From positions 186,001 to 250,000 of the forward strand of contig CP128817.1 in assembly GCA_051546255.1 (NCBI GenBank): DNA of 64,000 bases, in the 5' to 3' direction. The notes below the pieces were generated by a model that worked only from the letters and a program-made list of their open reading frames with translations, had not been told where the DNA came from and made no database searches. The DNA comes from Meyerozyma guilliermondii (taxonomy: Eukaryota). Shown one piece after another: positions 18,464 through 27,669 of the stretch (within the stretch, counting starts at the first letter, position 1; each line of letters opens with the position of its first letter). Position numbers and translations under genes: made by a program.

Positions 18464-21409
18464 TCAAAGACTGGGGAACGTGAACAGGACATGGGCACCC
18501 CAGAGAGCATATCCCATGGGGAGATCATTTTTAATGGCATCCCATTTTTCCTCTGAGTCTGGCGCAGGGTATGCCAACCCGTGACATAAATTGACGCTTT
18601 TCTCATTCATGTAGGCAGATCCACCGGCAAAGCAGATTCTGGTATTTTTCCACCATGGTCGATCGGCTACCATTTGTCCAAATGTTTTGTTCGTGGTACA
18701 TATGTCTCCATGGTAGTAGCGGAGAAACTGCCACGTCTGCGTCTGTAGGTTTAAAACCATCATGCGAAGAAGATACGAGTTCTCAGAGAATAGCAGGAAC
18801 TTGGCATAGTTAGCAACATCAAACTTGCCATTACTTGGCGTCTTTGGACCCTTCAAACAGTCACTGGTGATCCCTCCAGCAAAGAACAAGTAGTCTCGAT
18901 CCTCATTTTTGTAATAAAGGGCGGTGTGATGACAAGCACGAAGCTCTGCTTCGACAAGCAGCGGTAGTGGATTCTCTGATTCCTTGCACTTTGCCATGTG
19001 TGGTTCTTTGTCGGAATCAAAATACTCATGGACATATGTTGTCACTGACGTCCACTTACCTGTATCGAACACAAACAAGTAAAGATCACTGAACGACTCA
19101 TGCTTTTCGTTGATTCCTCCTTGAATCAAAAGGGCTCTTCCATTGAAAAAAGTTTGCGGCGACTTGAACTTTCTCTGCATCGTTGCATTATTACTCTTGT
19201 ATCTATCAGATTCCGGCGACCTGGCTCGATTTGAGTTGCTCAAATCGTCAAATGTAGACAGTGAGGATCCCTCATACAAATCCCATTTGCAATTGTCGAC
19301 GAAAGATCGGTGGTGCTCAATTAAAGAAAATGCAAAATACCCTCTGGCCAGGGGCCAATCAGCAGAATGGGCCGCTTTCTTGGTGTCACCTTCATCTCCG
19401 TAGGAGTATATTAGAGCCTCTTCCATGAATTGAATCGACTCGTGGTTGTCCTTACTTCCAATGTCAATCTTCAACAAATCATTTGTGGCTTGGAACTTGC
19501 CTATACCGTCCTCTAGAACGCATTTGAAGCCTCCAAATATGAAAACTGATACACTGACGATACCCGATTTTATAACCGAATCTTCAAAAAGAAGGTTGGA
19601 ACTGGGGCTGGTATCTGAGGAAGCAATAGAGTTTAGTTCAGCCCCCAGCTCGGACTTAGAGGTTTGTGTGTTGGATCTTGACGGATGTGAATGATTGGAT
19701 GCTTGTGAGTTCTTATGTCCACCAAACCTGAAGGAGTCCACATGCTCTGGTGTAGCTGTTGGTATGAATTTGACATCAGTTTCTACGGAAGATGCATACT
19801 TCTGGTCGTTTGAAAGGGATGGTGCAAGAGAATTCTTCGTAGTAGCATGACTGTTTTGAGCCTTTAAAATGGGAGACGTGGGCCTGCTACTTCCATGTGA
19901 GTTAGAACGAACACGACTCATTTCTTGTGAGTAGGTATTAGTGAGATGGCTGTTAAGACCTGTGGAAAGGTTTCCAGATGCTTTGCGCAGATGACTGAGA
20001 TGGAAGATTTTAGTCGACTTTTCAAGAATATTTCCCATTTTCAATGCAGCCATCCCGTGGCTCGGGCTTACCGCGCTATTGGGAGCAGAATCCTTCTTCG
20101 TTTCCTTTTCTGTGATAATGCTATTGGTTTTAGCCGACTGTCTTGAGTCTTCACTAGTCGACGATTGTAATGCTGACCCCGTCAAGACTTTAATATTAGG
20201 GTGTTTAGGACCTTCCGGGGACATACTGTTCGTCAGAACATCTGTGTCTGAGCTTGTATCTGTAAAGACAGGCGGCAGCGGAATTCGAACTGGAATATCC
20301 ACCTCAGACTCAACAGGTTCGTAGATATTAGCAGTTATTCCACAACCAACTCGGCCACGAATTATATCGTGTCTGTTCTTCAGATCAAGACGTATCTTTG
20401 TGAACTTTAGGGTGAGAGAGTCGAAAATGTATCCGAAGTCGTTCATGATGAGCTTCTTACGCACGATCCATCGATCAACGCTCTGAATATACTCCGTGGA
20501 TTCGACCTCTATCTCATATCCTCCAAAGAAGAAAATGTGCCGCGGTGAAATGAGGCAGCTTGCGGTTCCATTCAATCTCCATGGCACATTTGTGGTAGAC
20601 ATCAGGTCAAGATAAGTTATAGTATTTCTGCTGGCATTGAATTGGATCAAGTGGGGATTCTGTACCATGTAGGGACTTGTGAGCAAGTCACGACTGACAA
20701 AAGGGGGAAGCTCGTAGGGAAAATATATGGATATTTTGCTGGGATCCACATTATTGGGGATGTTTAAATGCGAGAAGTCATTATACTTGGAAGCGGCGAG
20801 ACCACCGAAAATATAAGATATACCATTGACGGTGCCATTATTATGGTAGCAGCAGTTTGGAATATCAGTGAGTAGTCTGCGCTTCTCAATATCTTGTCTG
20901 AACCTATGGGGTGCGTTTATCGCTTGTTGAGGCATAGAATAGTAGCCAGAGAACCCTCCATTGGGAGCCTCATATTTCACCTTTTCAGGACACTCATCAG
21001 ACTTTGGATCAATCTTAGGCAATTCAGAGGTCTTATTGCGTATCGTGCTATGTTCTACTGGCCCCAATCGCCCCGTAGGTGTGAATATAGTCTGTTCCAG
21101 TCCGTAAACGTGTCTTCTATCGTCCAAAGTCGAGCTGTCTGATCGATTATACTTGAATATAGTAGTTGGAGGTTCAACCCCATGCATCCAGCCACGTTGG
21201 TTTTCTGTGAAAAAGGCTTCCTGGGCACTTATACTCGGTTGAATTGAAATATTGGCACCATCTACCGTAGAAGGAAATCCTGAAATTGAAGGGTCGTCTG
21301 TTTCTGAAATGGGCCCCAACGTCAGCGTGTCCCTGTTGAACGCATACATTGTGGTTTTACCACCCTGAGAGCTTTCCTGCTCAGAATTGCCCACAGAGTC
21401 GATATCCAT
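18464..21409 (-). CDS. Large kelch-repeat protein, Gpb1/Gpb2 (Krh)-like
   Basis: Dispersed kelch-like motifs (YIFGG, FFFGGY, FIFGGF, LIQGG, FFAGG) separated by Ser-rich low-complexity inserts. Confidence 0.6.
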   Translation of the reverse strand: MDIDSVGNSEQESSQGGKTTMYAFNRDTLTLGPISETDDPSISGFPSTVDGANISIQPSISAQEAFFTENQRGWMHGVEPPTTIFKYNRSDSSTLDDRRHVYGLEQTIFTPTGRLGPVEHSTIRNKTSELPKIDPKSDECPEKVKYEAPNGGFSGYYSMPQQAINAPHRFRQDIEKRRLLTDIPNCCYHNNGTVNGISYIFGGLAASKYNDFSHLNIPNNVDPSKISIYFPYELPPFVSRDLLTSPYMVQNPHLIQFNASRNTITYLDLMSTTNVPWRLNGTASCLISPRHIFFFGGYEIEVESTEYIQSVDRWIVRKKLIMNDFGYIFDSLTLKFTKIRLDLKNRHDIIRGRVGCGITANIYEPVESEVDIPVRIPLPPVFTDTSSDTDVLTNSMSPEGPKHPNIKVLTGSALQSSTSEDSRQSAKTNSIITEKETKKDSAPNSAVSPSHGMAALKMGNILEKSTKIFHLSHLRKASGNLSTGLNSHLTNTYSQEMSRVRSNSHGSSRPTSPILKAQNSHATTKNSLAPSLSNDQKYASSVETDVKFIPTATPEHVDSFRFGGHKNSQASNHSHPSRSNTQTSKSELGAELNSIASSDTSPSSNLLFEDSVIKSGIVSVSVFIFGGFKCVLEDGIGKFQATNDLLKIDIGSKDNHESIQFMEEALIYSYGDEGDTKKAAHSADWPLARGYFAFSLIEHHRSFVDNCKWDLYEGSSLSTFDDLSNSNRARSPESDRYKSNNATMQRKFKSPQTFFNGRALLIQGGINEKHESFSDLYLFVFDTGKWTSVTTYVHEYFDSDKEPHMAKCKESENPLPLLVEAELRACHHTALYYKNEDRDYLFFAGGITSDCLKGPKTPSNGKFDVANYAKFLLFSENSYLLRMMVLNLQTQTWQFLRYYHGDICTTNKTFGQMVADRPWWKNTRICFAGGSAYMNEKSVNLCHGLAYPAPDSEEKWDAIKNDLPMGYALWGAHVLFTFPSL

Positions 21410-21531
21410 TTCCTACAATTATCTCACAATTGAAGTGGGGAAAGCTACAAATGTGTTTGTATGGCACCCAATACACCCATACATTAGTTAGTACTGCCAA
21501 CCGTAGTTGGCTGGTATACATTCTATATTGT

Positions 21532-23840
21532 CTAAACATTTGGACTGAGCATATCGGACTTGACAAGGGCATGAATCTGCGTTAGTGTTGGGTTCCACAA
21601 AAAATTTCAAAAATTCAAGAAAAAATGCAAAGAATAAAATGCACACAGAGAGAAGATTACTTACGTCTTGCACTGAAGCATGGATGAACTGCCTCACTTC
21701 CAAGGCCAACCACACCTTCATCATACTGAGTGAGTTTTCGTTGCTTAACAATTCTCGACCTTCCTTCGACACCCCAAGTTGACGAAGAACAGGTAATGAA
21801 CTGATGTTAGTAAATTGAATTTGCAGTAGGAAAGCCAAACATTAGGGCGTATACGAACCTTGCAAATAAGTCCAATTCTGGATCCAACTGGCGACCTATA
21901 CCCTCAAGCAAAAGTATGGCCACGATAACTGTGATAAAATCTCCTTCCATTCTAACGTGGTGGGTACGAACCATACCCAAAACCTGATCTAACAAGTCAC
22001 CAATACTGACGTTTCCAAGAGTGAAAGTTCGTTTCTTCATCCTATCCACCAACTTTTCTACCTTGAGAGCAAAGATCTCCTTGTTAATGACGGTTTCTGG
22101 CGTACGTGATCGCTCGGCCATTAATTCTCCAGCCTTGTAACCATCGAATTCGGAAAGGGCTTTGAATAAATCAATGAAGTTTACTCTGTCTCTGTGGTTG
22201 AGTTCAGTAATAAGACCAACATCAAGGAAACAAATCTCAGCATGATAACCGTCGTCATATAATTGCTCCAATTTCTTACACCAAGCATCGTTATCGTTGC
22301 CTAATTTTAGCAACTCGTTTGTAATGCGGTTTGTTTCCTGTTCATTACTTGATTTCACGATTTTATACTCCTTCTCGTGCTTGAACAACTCGTTCTTATA
22401 GAACCGCACCATCATGTTACCTGGGTGAAGATCAGCATGAACAAAGTTGTCAAGGATTAACATCTTCAAGAATGCATCAAGACCCTTATCACTCACTTCC
22501 TTGGATAAATTCTTGCCGAAATTCTGGTCCAATGATAGTAACTTGCTCATGGGAACGGCATGTACAAATTCTTCCACGAGAACATCCCTGGTGCTAAAGT
22601 TGATATAAGGTTTTGGAAAGTGGATATCGAGTCTTTTGTGGAAATTTGCTCTGAACTTGGCGAGGTTAAGAGCCTCAATACGTAAATCCAACTGAAGTCG
22701 CATAAGTATGGAGAATTGCTCAACTTCGTCAGGAAGCGACAACCACTCCATGGTAGGAATTATGTTGATAGCATTGGCAAAGAAACGCATGATCTTCAAA
22801 TCACGCAAGATTTTCACCTCCACCTGAGGGTGGAGTACCTTGATTGCAACGTATTGATTAGAAGTCAACGGATCTTCGTGCTCGGTCACCAAGATTCTAT
22901 CAAGAAGTTGGCCCGTTTGATTCAGTCGACCAAGATTTATCTCCATGTCGCCCTCCTTGCGTGCCGCCTCTAGCGCTTTACTGGAAAGCTTAGCAATGTA
23001 GACTTGAGCGATCGCTCCAACACCAAGGGGCTTTTCTTCAAACTCGTCAAAAATGTCCTCAAATGGCATACCGCCAAAGCTCTTACTTACAATTTTCTTG
23101 GTTTTGTGGAAAGAGTGGGCCTTGGCATTGGAATGTAAGTCCTGAAGCTCGTCACACATCTCCTTGGGAAAGATATCGGTTCTCGAAGCAGCCCATTGGC
23201 CCAACTTGATAAACGAAGCGCCAGCACGTTCGGCACTCCAACGAAGATAACGGAACCAAATGATGGCTCCGCTGCGAATGTGGCCACCAGTTTGCTTGTC
23301 CTTCCTTCCAAACCAGCAGATGGGAGACGCAAGAAGTACTGGTAGAAATATAGCCGAGAGTTCCACAAACCGGCCAACCGTCACCAACGGATCCCAGATG
23401 TAGTCGTGAAGAAAAAAGCCCAATGAGTATAGCGCTCGAGCAAATATGTTTCTGTTGGTGGTTCTCTCGCGCCTATAGGCATCAAACTGCTCTTTTTCTT
23501 CGTTTTGAGACGCCTGAAAGAGTCCACTTTCAAAAGTATCGGCATTTTCGTCGGGAGTAAGTCCATGTATACTTGTATCGGTGGCAACCTTTATTGTTTC
23601 GTTGTCAATGACAGAGTACCCCGTGGTTAGTGAAGCTCCAATCACACCCAATGGGATGAACCAATGGCTTTTTTTAGGATTGCTCCATGAGTGTTCGTAA
23701 TTGTGTTGTTTTTGATAAGAATAATGTCTCAATTGAAAGACACCAGCGAGGATATGAGATCTAGAAGGTGCCGAGAATGTGCTTCTGCTCACAGACCAGC
23801 GGCCTGGTAAGACTAAAGATCGGTATATGCCTTTGTTCAT
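21532..23840 (-). CDS. CQD1: Mitochondrial UbiB/ABC1 atypical kinase (YPL109C/Cqd1-like). Three exons: 23840-21859, 21800-21665, 21576-21532.
   Basis: FIKLGQWAASRTD, GAIAQVY, VAIKVLHP, HADLHPGN and DVGL. The spliced C-terminus reads DLFASSLPVLRQ...QDIHALVKSDMLSPNV*, and exon phases sum correctly. Confidence 0.85.
21577..21664 (-). other. Spliceosomal intron 2 of the CQD1-like gene (88 nt)
   Basis: GTAAGT ... T-rich ... CACTAAC GCAG, phase 0. Splicing yields a Cqd1-like terminus. Confidence 0.88.
21801..21858 (-). other. Spliceosomal intron 1 of the CQD1-like gene (58 nt)
   Basis: AG|GTTCGT ... TACTAAC ATCAG. Removal joins track ORFs 21807..24002 and 21488..21838 in frame. Confidence 0.88.
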
Positions 23841-24064
23841 AACATCCACTGGAGCAATGATAAATTGAAACTGCGGTGCGAACTGAATTTGTCTGAGATC
23901 GCAACCATAGGGTTTAGGTAAGTAGTGAAATTTAATTTCGTGGCTGTTGACCCTAGTATGGGGAATTCTCGAAGAGAATAACATTAAATGAAGCAAAAGC
24001 AATCAAGTTTATACCTTGTATTCTATACAACCTGTCCTCTCTTTTAGTCGCAACCAACCTACCC

Positions 24065-25603
24065 TCATACATTTGTGCCATTGAGCGGCCATTCTATCTC
24101 TTCCCCATAGTTCCAGTGCACTGCCTTGGTTTGGGTGTACTCTTTCAATCCCTCGATACCGAGTTCACGGCCAAAACCAGATTGTTTCATGCCACCAAAT
24201 GGAACAGCATTACTGAGCACCATGTACTGGTTGCACCACACGGTACCTGCCTTGATAGCGTGAACCATACGCATACATTGAGAGGCATTTTGGGAGAAAA
24301 TACCAGCTCCGAGTCCATAGGCAGTATCGTTTGCCAACTCAATTGCTTCTTCTTCTGTTTCAAATGTCTGCACAGCAAGAACTGGTCCGAATATTTCATC
24401 GTCTACTATCTTCATACCCTTTTTGCAATCTGTGTACACTGTTGGGGGCACAAAGAAACCATTTTTGAACTTTTGTGGTAAATCTGCCAATTTATCTTCA
24501 CCTCCGGTAAGGCAGACGGCGCCTTCGTCCTTGCCATATTGAATGTACTTTTTCACCTTCTCCTGCTGTTGCTTTGAAACCAACGGGCCAATGAACGTGG
24601 TCTTGACACTGGGGTCTCCGATTTCAACTTGCTCAACTTTCTTTTTAAGAGTTGCAAGAAATTCGTCCTTGATGGTATCTTGGACAAAGAGACGAGAACC
24701 AGCACAGCAATCTTGTCCATGATTGAAAAGAATCGCCATACATACCCAGTTAGCAGTCTGATCGATATCCACACTGTCAAAGACCACAACTGGTGACTTT
24801 CCTCCTAGTTCAAGCGTCACCTTTTTGAGGTTACTCTTTGCAGCAGCTTCCATGATTTTTCTCCCTGTCACCGTCGACCCAGTAAAGGCAACTTTGTCAA
24901 TATCCATATGGCGCGAAATGGCATCCCCAGTCACTGCTCCAGGACCATTCACCACGTTTAAGACTCCAGGAGGAAATCCTGCTTCAACTGCCAATTCAGC
25001 CAAACGAAGTGCACTCAATGGTGTCTGCTCAGCAGGCTTTATCACAATTGTATTTCCAGCAGCCAAAGCTGGAGCCACTTTCCACATGAACATTTGTATA
25101 GGGTAATTCCAGGGAATAATTTGACCACATACACCTATAGGTTCGGCTCTTGTGAACGCCAATTTTATACCTTCTTGCTGCTCAATAGTACGTCCTTCGA
25201 TTTTGTCTGCAAGTCCAGCATAGTAACGAAGACACCCAATGCTGTCTACTATGTCCACGTCGCGAGCCATCCATACCGGCTTTCCGTTATCAAGACTTTC
25301 AAGTTCAGCGAGAGAATCAATATCAGCTTCAATCAATTCAGCCCATTTGTTGAGAAGAGAGCTTCGTTGGTCTGGAGTACTTTTCTTGCCCCAAGTGGTC
25401 TCAAACGCCAATCTGGCCGCAGAAACGGCAATATCCACGTCCTCGGCAGTAGCAGAACTTATGGTGGCCAAATCTTCACCAGTGGCTGGATTCGGGGTTG
25501 TCATAACTGTTCCACCTACTGATGGTTTGAATTCATTGTTAATGAATAGTCCCGTCTTGATCGTGATCTTGCAATCGCCATACGATTGAATTGTAACTGA
25601 CAT
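24065..25603 (-). CDS. NAD(P)+-dependent aldehyde dehydrogenase (ALDH1/2-like), no obvious mitochondrial presequence
   Basis: IIPWNYP, KPAEQTP, FTGST, LELGGKSP (catalytic Glu), GQDCCAGSR (catalytic Cys), EIFGPV and PFGGMKQSG. Confidence 0.96.
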   Translation of the reverse strand: MSVTIQSYGDCKITIKTGLFINNEFKPSVGGTVMTTPNPATGEDLATISSATAEDVDIAVSAARLAFETTWGKKSTPDQRSSLLNKWAELIEADIDSLAELESLDNGKPVWMARDVDIVDSIGCLRYYAGLADKIEGRTIEQQEGIKLAFTRAEPIGVCGQIIPWNYPIQMFMWKVAPALAAGNTIVIKPAEQTPLSALRLAELAVEAGFPPGVLNVVNGPGAVTGDAISRHMDIDKVAFTGSTVTGRKIMEAAAKSNLKKVTLELGGKSPVVVFDSVDIDQTANWVCMAILFNHGQDCCAGSRLFVQDTIKDEFLATLKKKVEQVEIGDPSVKTTFIGPLVSKQQQEKVKKYIQYGKDEGAVCLTGGEDKLADLPQKFKNGFFVPPTVYTDCKKGMKIVDDEIFGPVLAVQTFETEEEAIELANDTAYGLGAGIFSQNASQCMRMVHAIKAGTVWCNQYMVLSNAVPFGGMKQSGFGRELGIEGLKEYTQTKAVHWNYGEEIEWPLNGTNV

Positions 25604-25942
25604 TAGTGGTTGAATAAATTAGCAAGCAGGTTGTCGGATAATTCGTGAGGTAATCTTAACTTTATGTGGTAAATTTGCGCGATAAGCCCTTAACTATGCA
25701 AGTCCTGTGCGAAGTTAATTTTCGCAGTATCGGAATCTTATCTTATGATGATACATGTCATGAAAAATTTATGATCGCAGTGTTAAACACGCTTGGCTAC
25801 AACGTCCGTTCTATGCACGGCGCAGATAGTAGAAATAAACTGGCACGTAAGCCGCAGCTGCCGATAGTGCGTTACTAAATGGAGTATGTAGGAGGCATAA
25901 AAAGACTTGACAGTTGAACAATTTGGAAGTTTTCTAAGAGAG

Positions 25943-26350
25943 TTGTTCATTGACAAATACGTTGGTAAAGCCAGAGTGATAGTTCATCGCGGTGAGAAGA
26001 GAGATCATCAGATCCTTGAAATCGTGAAACCTAACCTAAGAGATCTGAACCCATCAAGTTTTCCTCCAATGATTTCAGATTGCCGGAAACAGTGAACAAC
26101 CATATGTTCTACCAGTACGAGATATTGGGAACAATCTATATCTACGTTGAGAACAATGACCTCCAAAAATTGGTGCTGCAATTGCATGTAGTTGATGCCC
26201 CTCTTGTAGAGGACGATGGTACTGAAAGACATGATTCTCGATGCGATGGAATTGTACGTCGACAAGGAGCTCGACCTTGGATTTGGGACCGAGAAGATGT
26301 ACAAGGAGAAGATCGGGTGCTTTATCAAGATTCTTGTTCCCCTTTGATGA
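25943..26350 (+). pseudogene. Disrupted paralog of the 135-aa orphan at 27134-27541
   Basis: Aligns end to end with the intact copy. ATG is replaced by TTG at 25943, with a 1-nt deletion near 26067 and a net 2-nt deletion near 26200-26222. The pieces appear in track ORFs 25907 and 26080. Confidence 0.8.
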
Positions 26351-27097
26351 TTTTTCTATACCGGTATTGTATTCTGTATTCTGTGACAGTTGTGGAATTG
26401 GTTGTGTTTATTATTTCAGTCAATTGTTGACGAGAAGCAATACACATTCTATAGGACAATATATGCTTTAAAAAACAGTCTTTAGACCTGTTGGCTACAT
26501 ATCATGGCTCTGTGCGAACGCAGATGCTCACAAATTACTCATCTGAATCACTTTAAATAATGGTACGTACTGATAAGCACATTGATTCGGAGTTTCTCGT
26601 CTGTTGCGGCACAGGCTGCACGCTCCATGAAACGAACAACCATAAATAGACTAGCCGCAGCTGTCAGCTGGATTGGGCAAAATGGTCAATCTAGATTGAG
26701 TAACCGGACAAGTGGCTCTTGAATAGTTATTATCATCATATGCATAGATAGACGTCACTACTGGAGGGTTCACCAAACATTACTACATAGTCGAACCAAA
26801 ATCAGAAAGTCTATTCTTGTCGCACTTCGTAAATCTGCACGTTTGACACAAGCGAGGGTGCGGCTGGCCATAGCGACACGCCCCGTAATACACGGCACTG
26901 GCATATTGGGATTTGCAGCCAATCATATTCTCATCTAAAGATCTCGGCTAGAGTTGACGTTTTCCGATGCTTCTTACGCATGGCGCTAGTCGTCTTGACT
27001 ACAGAATTGCGCTCACTGTGGCTTAATTGAGAGCGAAACACGACATCATCTTGCAAATTGGATAGCGCGTCGGGAATAGTTGCCTGTGGAGACGGGG

Positions 27098-27104
27098 TAT
27101 AAAA
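27098..27104 (+). promoter_or_regulatory. TATA box (TATAAAA) of the orphan gene
   Basis: About 30 bp before ATG 27134. The broken copy has CATAAAAA at 25896. Confidence 0.5.
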
Positions 27105-27133
27105 GGGACAATTTTCTTGTAGTTTGCAATCAA

Positions 27134-27541
27134 ATGCTCATTGACAAGTACGTTGGTAAGGCCAGAGTGATCGTGGATCACAGTGAGAAGAAAGACCACA
27201 AGATACTTGAAATTGTGAAACCCAAATTAAGAGAACTGAACCCATCAAGCTTTACTCCCAATGATTTCAGATTACCGGACACGGTGAACAACCATATGTT
27301 CTACCAGTACGAGATATTGGGAACAATCTATATCTACGTTGAGAACAATGACCTCCAAAAGTTGGTGCTGCAAGTTGATGTGCTTGATGCCCTGGCTTTG
27401 GACGATGAGACGAGATTGAATAACACCATCCTTGACGCGATGGACTTTTACGTGGACAAGAAGCTCGATCTTGGAGCAGGGATAGAAATGATGAACGACA
27501 AGAAGATTGGGTTTTTAATCAAGAGTCTCGTTTCCATCTAG
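27134..27541 (+). CDS. Hypothetical 135-aa soluble protein, no recognised family
   Basis: Intact ATG-to-TAG ORF with a TATA box. Many differences from the paralog are synonymous or conservative, which suggests past coding constraint. Confidence 0.7.
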   Translation: MLIDKYVGKARVIVDHSEKKDHKILEIVKPKLRELNPSSFTPNDFRLPDTVNNHMFYQYEILGTIYIYVENNDLQKLVLQVDVLDALALDDETRLNNTILDAMDFYVDKKLDLGAGIEMMNDKKIGFLIKSLVSI

Positions 27542-27669
27542 TGATCTATTCATTGTATACCGTATTTTTCAGTGGCTGCGAAAAATTCACTGATAAGCTA
27601 CAGGACTAGCGAGAAAGAGACTGATTATCATAGTCAGTAAATGTACTCATAATATTGTTATGCTATATA

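Noticed and set aside
21488..21838. Track ORF of 116 aa as a separate gene
   Set aside because: It is exon 2 plus read-through of intron 2 of the CQD1-like gene.
26041..26230. Programmed frameshifting to rescue the upstream orphan copy (-1 and -2 sum to -3)
   Set aside because: No canonical slippery heptamer, the start codon and TATA are also degraded, and a stop lies between the two shifts. Pseudogene is the simpler reading.
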